The translations under genes were made by a program, and so were the position numbers. Shown in pieces: positions 1 through 12,894 of a stretch of 64,000 nt of DNA (its first letter is position 1; each line of letters begins with the position of its first letter). Under the pieces are notes generated by a model that saw only the letters and a list, made by a program, of their open reading frames with translations, made no database searches and was not told the DNA's origin. Source of the DNA: the human T2T-CHM13v2.0 reference genome, Homo sapiens; assembly GCF_009914755.1 (NCBI RefSeq), contig NC_060943.1, one strand, 5' to 3'.

Positions 1-1639
1 CCAGCACTGATTCTCTCCTACCTGGGCCCCAGCATTACCGACCCAGTTTCCCATCTTCCCAGCAGCCTCACCAGGTCTCGCAAGGAACTCGGCACCTTCC
101 ACAGCAAATGCTGTAGGGTTTCTGTTGGGAAGCAGGCTATAGCTCTGACACTGCTGAGCCGCAAATGTGAAGTCCTGTCTGGGCTTCTTCCCATTTCCTC
201 TTATGTCTCATCCATAGACACAGCAGAAATTGTCATCTTCACAGGAAACAGAGACTTCAAGGGCTTTCCCAAAGTCAGAAGACTCATGAGCAGCAGAGCC
301 AGCACATCTAGAAGCTGCGCTATGGCATTTTCCAAGCCACGCTTCCTTGGAACCCTCTGGAACCACAGCACAGCTCTCAAGGAGACAGGCTGCTGTAGGG
401 GCTTAGGATACATGTCCAGCTGCCCCAGTGACAGCCTCACTGCCCAAGCTGGAGGGCTGAGGCTGAAAAATCTTATAAATGCCATGGACTGAGTCTTGTC
501 TTGGTTTTATCCACACATTCTCCCCAAGAATTTCCCCACAAATAAATTTATGTAACCAGATCATCTCTACAAGGTATGTCCCTGTTCAACCCCAATGTAG
601 AGAATCTGAGTCTTAAAGAGTCAAAAGGAACCCAGAGGCTACCTCATAGAGACCTGTGCACAGCACACACTGCCCCATTCCTCAGCGCAGGCAAATAGCC
701 CTCAAGACTCAGCTCAAACAGCTCTGTGCTGGGAAGCCACCAGAACAGCCTTCAAATTCATGAGTGACTTTGGTGGAAAGACTTCCTGATGCTAAGGTGA
801 ATTGGGGCACAGCTTCCGCCCACTGTGAATTCTCCATCCGAAGCCACATGGCAGCCTTCCAGAAGCACCAAGCCTTCCTCAGCCAGTCCCCACTATGCCT
901 CTTTTCTCAGGCTCAGCATCCTCAGTCCTCCAGGTGACCTGATTTCCAGGCACTTTCCCCCTGGCCTTTTCCCACCTAGACTGCCAGTCACCTGTTTAAC
1001 AGATGCCTCCCTAACTTGCTCTACCACCCCTCTGCAGGCAAGCAGCATCAGGCAAGGTGGGGCTTTCTCCTCTCTTGTTCTGGACTCTCTGTGTTTGTCA
1101 GTTCAGCCAAAAGTTCCCCTTAACTACCTCAAAATCATTTCAGATCTTGATAAAATTGAACAGGAGTCTGCCATTGAACCCTTGTCAGTAAGAACAAAAA
1201 CTGTAGCAGCAGCTGCGTGTCTCTTTCCTGAGAACCGAATAGGGACTCCTTTGGGTGCTGTTTTCAGATAATACAGCTTCTTCAATGTGACACACAGGAG
1301 TCCCACCCGGTAGCAGGGGTGCATTTTGAGTTCTTTGACAGTACTGTTATCAGATCTTGGTCACCATCCTAGACCAAGATACCCACATTCTGAAGGCATT
1401 GGGGTATCAGAGAAACTCCTTACAGTTTCCGAGTTTGAGGCCATTTTTCTTCCTCTTCACTAATAAATACACGAAGATTGGGATTTGTGTGTGTTGAGCT
1501 CATTTTAATAACAGGCAACAATAACTGTCCTGTTTGGCCTCAGCAAAAAGTCCAGAAAGATGCTAGAGTATTCCATGAGTATGATACAGAGGTGAAAGGA
1601 GATACGCAAGAATCTCCTTTTCAAGGTTTACATTCTGGA

Positions 1640-2020
1640 GTATCCCAGGTCACGTTTTCTAACAGCAAGCCTGAGACAGGGATTCTTGTATAAGTAATCA
1701 TTTGAGAGATGCTCTCAGGTGAGTTTGCTAGAAAATGAGGGAAGGAGAAGCAGCCGCGTGCTATCAGCAGAAGTCTCTTTTCCACCCGATTCTATGGGTT
1801 CTCTGGAGCGTGAATTTCACCACAGACATGAGCAAGGTCCATCCTTGTAAGGGGAGAAAAGAGGGGCAGTGCCTAACCCTCAGACATCAACAGCAGATAA
1901 CTATTCTCCTAAAAAGGTGCAGGTGTGAGCCATTTTCAGCTGACACCCACAGCAGGCGAGAAGTGGTTGCACTGGCCAGATAAAAGGCTCCTGGGTGGGG
2001 TACCAACAGTGGCTACTGTA
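1640..2020. mobile_element. Degenerate MaLR LTR (MLT1J/K-like)
   Basis: Motif caagcctgagacagggattcttgtataagtaatcattt resembles the MLT1 terminal ...ccctgagacaaggatt...tgcaagtgatttatt. Boundaries approximate. Confidence 0.45.
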
Positions 2021-2124
2021 GGGGGAGACCTGTCCCTGAGCTAAGGCAGAGGGAGGGGCAGAGTCCTGCAGCACAGCCATGGCCACTTGGGCCTCCCAGT
2101 GTGTACCAGGGCTTCTGCATCCCT

Positions 2125-2265
2125 CCAACATCCATTCAATACTCATTAATGCACCTGTGCTATGTACCAAGCACTGTGCCAGACTCTGGGGACACAGCAC
2201 TGTTGGCGCCAGACGTGGTTCCTGCGCCCACGCAGCCTACATCTCACAGAAGTGAAAATCATTGA
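2125..2265 (-). mobile_element. L2 3' end fragment
   Basis: cattcaatactcattaatgcacctgtgctatgtaccaagcactgtgc...ggggacacagc is the typical antisense L2 tail. Confidence 0.6.
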
Positions 2266-2298
2266 GCATGGACAACGCCGGCAGGAACTTCAAGGCAT

Positions 2299-2520
2299 GG
2301 CAGTGGAGCATCATGGCTAGGAGCATGGACTCTGGACTCTTGGTTCCTTGTGGGTCAGCCATGTGACCTCGGGTGAGTGACTCATCCTTTTTAAGCTTTT
2401 GTTTCATCGTGGAGAAGAAAATGGCCCCCACTTACTTTTAAGATTTGGCGTATGCGTGAAGATTAAACCAGATAATGCATGTGAGGTACTTAGCTCAAGA
2501 CCTGGCCCAGAGCTGCTTCC
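2299..2520 (+). mobile_element. MIR
   Basis: MIR core: gagcatggactctgg...tgtgacctcgggtgagtgact...gtgaagattaaa...ataatgcatgtgaggtacttagc. Confidence 0.7.
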
Positions 2521-2850
2521 TAGTAATGTGAAATAATTATAATAATAATGTTATCATTGTTGTTATAACATTGGTTACAACCATTCAGGAAGATGGTTTC
2601 TCAATGACTGTTCTCTTTGTATTTCTTTGTGCACTGAATCATGCCCTGTGGCGGGCACTGTGCTGGGCCTGAGGTCATGGTGGAGGGCATAGGCAGTGAC
2701 ACTCTGGCTCAGTGTCCTGGGGGAGGTGTCTGACTCCTCCCCATCTCCTTAAATTCACTTCATCTTTGCACCAGCCAGCTCTCCTTTCCTCACCAGGGCT
2801 ATTATCAAATTTTGAAAATTTCTAGCAGTTTTCCTTAAATATTAATTTCA

Positions 2851-3617
2851 TTTTTTGCTTTTTCTTTTTTTTCAACTTTTATTTTAGAATCAGGGAGTAC
2901 ATGTGCATAATTGTTACAGAAGTGTTAACATATTGCATAATGCTGATATTTGAGGTATGATGGAACCCTTCACCCAGGTAGTGAGCATAGTACCCAACAG
3001 GAAGTTTTCCAGCCCTTCTCCCTCCATCCCTCCTTCTCCCTTTTCATAGTCCCCAGTGTCTACTGTTGCCATCTTTATATCCATGTGTCCGCAGTGTTTA
3101 GCTCCCACTTACAGTTGAGAGCATGCAGTATTTGACTTTCTGTTCCTGCATTAATTCACTTAAGATTATGGCCTCTAATTATATTCACGTTGCTGCAAAG
3201 GTCATGATTTTGTTCTTATTTATGGCTGCATCATATTTCATGGTGTGTATGTACCACATTTTCTTTAATCCACCATTGATAGGCATCTGGGTTGGGTCCA
3301 TGCATTTGCTATTGTGACTAGTGCTGTGATGAAGATATGGGTGCATGTGTCCTTTTGGTTGAATGATTTATTCTACTGTGGTTATATGCCCAGTAATGAG
3401 GTTGCTGGGTCGAATGATAGTTCAACTTTTAGTTCTTTGAGAAATCTCCAAAGTGCCTTCCACTGTGGCTGGACTAATTTACATTCCCACTCATGGTGCA
3501 TAAGTGTCTGCTTTTCTCTAACAAAAGCCATTCTGATTGGTGTGAGTTGGTGTCTCACTGTAGTTTCGATTTGCATTTCTCAGATGATTAGTGATCATGA
3601 GCATTTTTCATATGTTT
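2851..3617 (-). mobile_element. 5'-truncated old L1PA (L1PA15/16-like), 3' end
   Basis: T-rich tail followed by caacttttattttagaatcagggagtacatgtgc. Antisense ORF 3382-3576 (MQIETTVRHQLTPIRMA...CKLVQPQWKALWRFLKEL) is the ORF2 C-terminus. Confidence 0.9.
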
Positions 3618-5938
3618 TAAGCATTAATTTTAATTTCTGAGAACAAGGCTGGAATATTCATCTCAAGAATAGCTGATCCAATCCAGTGTGTCATAAACAT
3701 GGAGGCAGAGATAGGCACTATATGTTTCTAAGCAGGTCTGAAACTCTGCTCAGAGACTGCGCTGGACAGGTCTCCCAGATCTTCAAAAAGTATCTGTGGT
3801 TCCTCCCCTCTTCACACACAGACAAACACACATACACAAACCCAAGATAACATTTTTTCCTCCAATACCCAGGGAGCTCTGACCGCAGGTTTGGCTGCCC
3901 AGTGCTTATGAACCATGTCTCCGATGATTTTATAATCTCCTCCATTAACTGCACTAACATTTTAATGAGTCTTGGCATCAAGTAGTTATCTGCAGATTTT
4001 CTGGTAAACATGCAGTAGAAAAGTTAATTTTTTAAAAAATCACATATTTTTCCTACAAAACTCAGTGTAAGAAGAATCTGAATGATCTGTGCTTCTAGAA
4101 TACTTTTTTTTGTATTAGTTTATTCATATAGCTATTTGCTCTTCTCCTAGGACTTTATTGTGGCAGGGTGGGGTCTTTAAGACCTCTGTATCACATCACT
4201 TTCAGGAAGTGGATCTATGGAGAATGCAGCCCCTTTACTCAACACCTCCAAGAGCCGGAGCCTGTAAAATAGGCAGGAACCGACAAACTGCAGCAGGAAA
4301 GAAATATAAAACATAAATAGAAAATGATTATCTCATCAAGTAGCCATGCCCGAGTCCACGATGCATTGGCTCAGCTCTGCTCCTACATCCAACAGAAAGT
4401 TCCTTGCTTTTCATGAAAGAGCTCCTTGTGCAGTCTGATCATTCACAAGACCATTTAATTCCAAATACAATTCGGCCACTAATTTCAAACTGTTATCAAA
4501 TGTGACAGACAGGTTTGTTTTTAGCTCCCAGTAGATGAATGGTCTGCTTTAAAATTGAACAGATAACAAAGGAGATCAGGACTGAGAGGCGCTAGAGAAA
4601 TGAAAACATTTTCTAGCTCCCAGTAGCCAAGCTAAATCTTTGCTTTTTTGGCAGGTTACTCCTCAATTAAACATATAAAGGCAAAAGAGCCAGCAGGACC
4701 ATCCTGAAGCAAGCTGGATTTGTGCCGTTCAGCTGTGTGTCACAGCCAGCCCCAGGGGCCAGGGATTCCTAATCAACATTCTCCCATGCAGACATGGGCA
4801 GGGCTTTTATTTTAGAGGGTCTTAAAGAACTAGAATTACATATTCCTTTTTAGAAATATCAAGTGCATCTTTCCTCAGGTTCTCTGCACCAACATTTTTT
4901 CTTTCTGACCGGACATTTTATATATATATATCAGAAAAATAATCAGTCTGCCTAGAATTCCCACCTTTTGACTGACAGGAAGCACATTATCAATGATAGC
5001 CTAGCTTTGTCTGAAATCCCATCTGTTTTCAGACAAACACAATCTCTACATTTTTAAGAGACCTGATGCTAAAATATGAATTACAGCTTTGGGGACAGCC
5101 ATTCCCAACACACATGAACAAAAGAAACTAATATATAGCATATTCAAAACTGATACTCTTCAACCTTTCTTCCTTGATGCAATGTCAGTGAGCCTCGGCA
5201 TCCCTCCAGGGTGAGGGCAGATATAATAGGGTAGAGATAGATCGCATTGTGCAATGTCAATATCAATTTGAACCACCTGCTGTTCCTTATTTATTCTTAT
5301 CATTGATTCTACAACTTTTTGCCCATATCATGCAGTTAAATTCTTCCTAATATGACAAGCCTTAAGGATTTATAGACATTTTCACATGCTATAGCAAATT
5401 ACCATTCTTGCTAGAGTTCTGGTAACAACCCCCAGTGGGAAATGGTACCAAAAAAATTGAAGATACTATCAAAGTGATCCCCGGCTGCTGAGATGGAAAT
5501 GAACACGAGTCATTTTTAGTTAACATCAAAATGAAAAACTTAAGTCGCAGCCACATCTCAGAGTGTACGAGAAAAACAAATCATAGTTCTCTTCTATGCT
5601 GCTGGCTTTTAAAGATTAACCTTGAAAGGAAAGGGGACAAAACAAAAAGTTGGTTTATGCTATATACAGTATATAGTGCCCTCCATCAACAACGCAGGGA
5701 CTCACTTATTTCTTGGTGAGTCTGCACTTCCTTCTGGGTCGCTCTATTCCACCTCAATTTTTACTTTAATATTAATATCCATACATTGACAAACACACCG
5801 ATGTTCTCCCACACAAGACCTAGCATTCAGATAGTGACTTAAACCTGCTTCTTTTTTCTTGCAGATGTTCCCGAGACTGTGGACTTGGGCCTTGCCAAGG
5901 CTGACACCAGAAATGACTGCACATATTTAGGAGTAAAG

Positions 5939-6233
5939 AACACAGGAACAGAAACCAAATACCGTATGTTTTCACTCATAAGTGGGAGCTAAATGATGAG
6001 AACACATGGACACACAGAGGGGAACAATGCACACTGGGGCCTATTGGAAGAGTTGCAGGGGGCAGGAGGGAGAGGATCAGGAAAAATACCTAATGGGAAC
6101 TAGGCTTAATACCTGGGTGATGAAATAATCTGCACAAAAAAACCCCAGGACCCAAGTTTACCTATCCAACAAACCTGCACTTGTACCCCTGAAGTTAAAA
6201 TAAAAGTTTAAAAATTTTAAAAAAACAAAACAA
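5939..6233 (+). mobile_element. 5'-truncated L1PA (L1PA11-13-like) 3'UTR with A-rich tail
   Basis: cactcataagtgggagctaaatgatgagaacacatggacac...aacctgcacttgtacccctgaa, AATAAA at 6199-6204, candidate TSD aaagaaca (5935-5942 / 6234-6241). Confidence 0.9.
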
Positions 6234-6616
6234 AAAGAACAGGACTTATAGGAGACCCATCACCACCATCACCCGGCCCTATACCACATGCCCCTCTTCT
6301 TCCTGGCTCCATCCACAGCCTCTCCCTCCAGCCGGCCCACCAGGTGCCCCAGATGAGGTTCACCTCCCTAAGGCCACGTGTGCTGCAGCTTGGTCATGGA
6401 TCTTTTGTGGCCGGCTTGAGCTTGGTGATTTCTGTGAGCATCTGGAGGGCAGAGCTGAGGTCTGATTAAGTCATGCTTCTTCCCAGGTCACCCTACACCA
6501 ACATGGCAAAGGCAGCCTTTAGTTATTTACTTCAGTTTTGTTGTTGTTGCTGTTTTTTAATATTAGGTGGAACCACATAAAATCAACAATATTCAGCCAT
6601 TGTTGACTCAGTCCAT

Positions 6617-6755
6617 TGAGTGTCACTCAGTCCCAGGCTGAAAGCCTGAGAATCTGGGGCCACTGGTGCAAGTCTCAGAGTCTAAAGATTAGTGAACACA
6701 GACTGTCAAGGACAGGAGAAGAAGGATGTCCCAGCTCCGAGAGAGAGAGAGAGAA

Positions 6756-6808
<53 letters not shown>

Positions 6809-6897
6809 CAGAGAGAGAGAATGGCTTTTACTCTGCTTTTTCATCCTATCCAGGTCTCAGCTGACCAGACAGTGCCTTCCCACATTGAGGGCTGATC
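6617..6897 (-). mobile_element. MLT2C/D-like ERVL LTR, internal fragment without termini
   Basis: ggctgaaagcctgagaatctgggg...aggagaagaaggatgtcccagctc-(GA)n-...cccacattgagggctgatct. Confidence 0.7.
6739..6820. repeat. (GA)n microsatellite
   Basis: ~40 GA units with a few GAAA/GACA interruptions. Confidence 0.97.
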
Positions 6898-7412
6898 TGC
6901 AAAACTGGCAATTTCATATCACTTATTTTAATGGATGAAACAAATGAGTCCATGGCATCCATTCCTTGTAATGCTAACTTTCTCAAGCGCCTAGAGTCAA
7001 GTTTTTTCTAGGCTGTATGAAATTTTACACAGGTCCTAAGATTGTACACATTGTCTTTTATTTGCCTGACTAATAGGTTGCCTGGTAATGAGGACTTATT
7101 GGCCCAACAAGCTGCCAGTGAACCAGAATGCTTTAAACACAAGGCAATGGCAGAAGCCCACCCCAGCTCAGAGAGGAACTTCTACTTAGCCCCCTGGAGC
7201 TTCATGATGTTTTCTTCCTCTTAATGGCAAAGGTACAAATCTCCACTCTGCTGTTGCTGCCAAGAAACACAAGTTCCTTAATGACCTTTTATATTTTCAC
7301 TTTTTCTCTACCTTCTCTCCATTCTTAGAGCTAAAATGAGAAAAGAAAAAGCTTTTTTCGTTGAAGGCAGTTGAAAACTTAAATTAAGACAATAATTTAA
7401 ATTTTCTTCACT

Positions 7413-7910
<498 letters not shown>

Positions 7911-9099
7911 AATACAGCAGGAGGCCTTTCAAAGCCAGCGCCCTTTGGGCTGGCCTCACTGTCTCTTCTGGGAAGAGGGTGAACACTCTAGAAAGAGTCT
8001 CCACATAAGCATAGACATGTGCCCATGACTCAGGAGCTTACGGGGATCAGCAGGTGCCAATTCAAGAAGACAACACAGAGCAGAGAGCATGGAGGTGAAC
8101 CAGGGAGTGCATGCCTCGCCTAAAGTACCAATTATCCTTAGGAGTCACCAGATGTACACCTGGTCACTCAGATGCCTAATGTGACACCTGACACATTAAA
8201 GAAAAAGAAAAAAGAGCAAGGCAAGCAGCAGTAGAAAAAGAAAAAAAAAGGAAAATCTCTGAGTCACAAGAAAGTGGCTGGAATTCTAGTTTAAAAATCA
8301 TATCATCAATGTAAGTCTGAGGCCAGCCCCCCTCCCCCCACCTCAAGACTGCACCTCTCCATCACAGACACTGACCCCTAGCTGGTTCCAAATAACTCAA
8401 TTGCCTGGAGGAAGATACAGTGTAAAGTGCAGAGTTACAACTGTATGTTCATTTTTTTTCTTCTCTGTACAGCTCATCAAACCTACCGGCCCAGGCCTTA
8501 TGAATGCCTTCTCTCAGACCCAGCAGCCTGCCAGGGAGGGCTTCAAAGGGCTTCACCATCAAACTCATTGCTCATAAAATGAGAAAATCTTGTTATTTTA
8601 AAGGCTTGTACATCTACCATGACATGCTTAGGCAAAGCAGACACCAAGAAGCACCCCATGTGCTGAAACTCTAGTGACCGCATAGGGACTATTTCAATTC
8701 TTAGTTTGTATTTGTTTAGAGGCTGCGGGGAACTGGCCTTGGTGTGAGTTCTAGAAAATTAAAAAGAGGTTCTAATTGTATTTCATATTGCAGCTTTTAT
8801 TTCAATCTCAGAAGCTTTCTTAAAGCTCAGAAAGCTTTTAAAAAGCGTAAGAACGGTGAGAAGTAATTTCGATATTTTTGCTCTTTATTTAGTCTATTGA
8901 AGCAGGACTCTCCAACTTAGATGCCTATAGAAATGTAATGTGAGTAGATGAAGTGGTCTTGGGATATTCTCTCAACAGATACTTGTGAAAGTAAAGTCTA
9001 TTTCCACTTGTCCATTAAGCTAAGAAAGGCATGGTTTCATTCTAATTTTCCTGAAACATGTGTTTCTCACAATCTTTCCTTCACTTCTGATAGAAACAA

Positions 9100-9460
9100 G
9101 AGTGTTAGTTTGGGTTTCCTAAACACAAAAATCTGAGACAAGGGTTTGGTAACAAGTCATTTCTCTGAGAAGTGATCCTCTGGTGGAGAGAAGTCAGACA
9201 GGACAAGAGGGCAAGGGAGGCAATGAAGAGCGTGCTCCCAAGCACTGTAGGCAGTCAGGCTCCACCTGCTCTCTGGAAGCCGGGGGCTCTATGGGAGAAA
9301 GAATGGAGCTTGCTGCAGTTACTTTACCTGGGGGCAAGGCGGTGAGGACTCTTATTTTTACCCACCAACTTCTGTCTGTCATTGTTTGTTGGCTGCTCTG
9401 GGTAGCATTAACTTCCCAGCACTTCTGGCCTGCCCCAGTGTGGTCTTGGGCATGAGAGGG
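9100..9460. mobile_element. Degenerate MaLR LTR (MLT1J/K-like)
   Basis: gtgttagtttgggtttcctaaacacaaaaatctgagacaagggtttggtaacaagtcattt is an MLT1-type terminus. Confidence 0.5.
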
Positions 9461-9586
9461 GAGCATGGAGCAAACATGTAGGGCACCAAGAGCATCTGCT
9501 ACAGGGTCAGTGAAGAGTCAATTATCCTATCTCTCTTCTATCAAACCCAAAGCACAGGAACAATGGTTAATGAGCTCCATTTTCAT

Positions 9587-9866
9587 GTCAGGGATCAACA
9601 GGGAGTGGTGTAGGAGGGGACAACCTGGTGAGTGTCTGAACTGTCAAGAAGGGCAGTGACAGGTCAGCTCCAGCTGACAGTTTCCATGCAGGAGTGCAGG
9701 TGAACTTTCCCAGGTCTTCTCTTTCTCCAGAAAGCTAGGAATCTGGCTCTTTATGCAACATATGTAACTTATAAATGTTAGCAACTAACAAAAACCATGT
9801 TAACATCTGCAGGGATATGCATCTCAGGGCTGAATTTTCCTGTGTGTGGCCAGTTTCTATCTTCTG
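9587..9866. mobile_element. MER102-like hAT-Charlie DNA transposon
   Basis: cagctccagctgac...ccaggtcttct...agaaagctaggaatctgg...ttataaatgttagcaactaa...acatctgcagg...gccagttt. Confidence 0.6.
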
Positions 9867-10835
9867 ATATAAAGTTTTGTTTTAGTACCTACTCTATGCC
9901 CAGCATTTTCTTGGGTGATATGAGGAACTTAGACCTGTTTCAGGTCACTTACAGATGTCCTAGTGGGTGGCAAAGATAGTTGCAGGATGACTTAGAACAT
10001 AGCACGCATCCATGCAACAGACAGAAAAAAAAGGCTGCTAAGATTGAAGAGGCACAAGATTTTAAAGAAAAACAAAACACAACTAAGCCTTTTATTGTTG
10101 AACTTAAAGACATCCATCAATACTGCTTGACATTAAATGCTATTGTTGAACATATATGGGAGCTTACCGTGTGTGGGGTACAGTACCAACAAAGTCAAAA
10201 CCAAGTCAAAGACCAGAGCATCAGGCAGAAGAAAGAAGGTTTAGCTCACGTGGCAGGGGATAGAATACCTAAAAATATGGAATCAAAATTTTGACGCAGG
10301 TGAAGGTTTTTTTTGACACTTTTACATCTCATAAGTTCTTTTCTGAAGCCATGCTCATGTCAGGAATTTTGTAACCTCATGGCCCACTCCCTGCTAATCT
10401 CAGAACTCCCTTGACCAACATGTGGTCCCTAAGCCTCTCCCATGTGGTGTGTGTGCAGGGTCCTCAGATCCAGGAAGGGGCTGAGTCAGACATTTTCTCC
10501 AAAGGAACTTACATGCACCTCCAGGGATGCACAGGACCATCCACTGGGCGCAGGACAAAAACGTTGAACAAGAAAAGCGTGTTAATACATGATTGTCTCT
10601 GGATCTCGCTCTCAGATATTTTATCAGATGAACACATGTCCCATGTGGTTCATGAGGTCCCTTGAGAGAGAGAGGAGTTTCATCAATCAGAAGCAAGTGT
10701 GGTTTTTGCAGGTTACTTGGCTTGGTTAGTGGACTTATGGATGGTGACATCTTGTTTTAACCAAACCAACATTCACCAATGGACAGGAGGCTTATGAAGA
10801 TTCCTACAGAGAAAGCTGCAGACTGGAGATAATAT

Positions 10836-11653
10836 TGTTTCTGAGCTGAACTGAGATTTGCACAGTAAAGCCAAACATCCACACTGAGGCTTTGCAGCGG
10901 GAGAAAGGAGGTCATTTATTTGCAGGGCACCAAACAAAAAAAAAATCAGGCAGCTCACGCTTAACACCTGGCCTCCCCAATGGCTCACAAGCATGGGTTT
11001 TTAAAGGCATAAGCTGAGTGGAACTTGAAATGACTTCTCAGAAACAGGACTTTAAATGGGTTTTTAAATTTCAGGAAAGCAGAAGTTGTAGGCAAAAATT
11101 ATAAATAAATACTGGAGTTAATACATTTATTTGGACTGAAAGATATCTTGAAGTGAGGGCTTACAGGTCTTACGTAGATTCAAAGATTTTCTTATCTGCA
11201 ATTGGTTAAGGAAGAGAAGCTTTGTTTAAAATGTTGAGGTCAGGGAAAAAAATGTGAAGTCTGGCCCATGGCCATAACTTACTCCAGGAAGAAATTTAGA
11301 AGAGAGAAAGGTGGCCAGAGCTCAGTCCTCAGTTTTCCTCTCTCCAAGGTCTAATCCCCGTGGATCTATTTGGTGGGCGTCCTCAGTAGGGAATAGAGTT
11401 TTTGAAACACAACTCAGGATCATATAAGATGTTATCTTTAGTTTCTATAGAAACCAAACATCTCCTGATTCTAACTTCCTTGGCTATTGTTTTAAGCTCC
11501 TATTTATTACCTTCTTGCTTATCAAGTTGTTTATTTACTTCTCATGGATCACTGGGCTCCTTGAATTTTCCTTGAAGGAACATAGGATTTTTATTTATTC
11601 CCATGCTTGGGGTGGTGGGGCTGGCAGGCTCCTCAGAAAGTGTTCCTGCTTCA
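10836..11653 (-). mobile_element. ERV1-class solo LTR (MER34/MER39-like)
   Basis: TG...CA ends (tgtttctgag...gttcctgcttca). Body includes gccaaacatccacactgagg...gcagcgggagaaagg...caggcagctcacgctt...aatttcaggaaagcagaagtt. No TSD visible. Confidence 0.7.
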
Positions 11654-12859
11654 TCTCTTTACTGATGATACGAGCACAATGGAGCAGCAAAACGGGGTGA
11701 TAGAACTCCATCTCCCAGTTTGAGCTCCTTTTTAGCCACATTATGAGGTTAAAAACCATGATTATCTTATTAGATAACTGGTCCAAAAAGGTCAGCAAAA
11801 ATGAACAAAACACTCAAGTGATTTTGTATCTGTTGTCATTAATAATGATAGGCCCTAAGTACCAATTGTGCCTTTAAAAATTAGATAAAGATAGTAGTAG
11901 TACATATTTATAATTTACAAATAAATAAATATTGATCTACTGGGAGGACAGGCTGAAAAGTCTTTATTAATGGAGTGCATGAAGAAAACTGAACTAGATG
12001 AATAAATTAGTTGGAACAAATAAATGAGGAAGGAAAATAAAGTACTATAAAAGGGAAAACTTCTATATCAAGGTTATTTCATCATGAGATTCAAACAACA
12101 GAATTAATTACACATATTTAACACATCATCCAAAATAGGAAACAAAGGAAAACTTGGACTTGAAATTACCGATCCTCCCCTTATCAGCAGGAAATAAACA
12201 AACAAATAAAACCAGAATCGTGTCTGAGCTTTGACACCAGTCTACAGAAGGTATATCATAAAGAAATCGCCGTTCTAGTTCCTGAGCCTCATCCTGACCA
12301 AGGCAGATTGGAGAGTTGGGGCAAAAGCAGAGACACCATCCAATGAGGCACTAATTTTCCACAATGTTTTCCCCAAGTCATTCACTGACTTTTCAAAAAA
12401 CACCGATTCAAGGCAAAGAGGCACTTTTGCTGTAGAACTGGGTCATGCTGCACTGAAATTCTTCTTTGCACCAGGCTCTGGCTGCCTCTCTTGTCCTGCT
12501 GATTGGCTTTTTAATAGGCTCTGTGAGGCTGGTTAACTTTTCAGTTTGAGTCATGCACACAAGTTCATCTGGGTGTTGACAGCCGCATTCCTGTGCCCGG
12601 CTTCATAGCAGTTCGGAGCTGCACTGTAGAGCATTCTCCACTGAGCTGAGCGGAACTTGAAATGACTTCTCAGAAACAGGACTTCAGGTTTCTTTAACCT
12701 ATTTGCTACTCTTTCTCAGCTTAACTAACAAATATCTTCCTGTTCCTCTACGTGTGAACTTTTTTGTTGTTGTTGTTGAAATGTATCCAGTAAATCGGAA
12801 AAGGCCAAAATAATCTTCAGGAAAAATTATCTGATTTCAGAAAATTGCAACTATCATAA

Positions 12860-12890
<31 letters not shown>

Positions 12891-12894
12891 CATG
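12860..12894. repeat. (TG)n(CG)n alternating purine-pyrimidine tract
   Basis: gtgtgt...tgtgcgcgcgcatg. Confidence 0.95.

Larger units (their letters stand above)
6561..6919. mobile_element. MADE2-like mariner MITE, split into two halves (6561-6607 and 6897-6919)
   Basis: Left tattaggtggaaccacataaaat...atattcagccattgttgac and right ctgcaaaactggcaatttcatat match successive parts of the ~80-bp MADE2 consensus as I recall it. Confidence 0.6.

Noticed and set aside
201-1324. Short ORFs at the start of the window
   Set aside because: No homology, codon bias or coherent exon structure is visible; consistent with chance ORFs.
6616-6938. RE/ER-repeat ORFs
   Set aside because: Translations of the (GA)n microsatellite.
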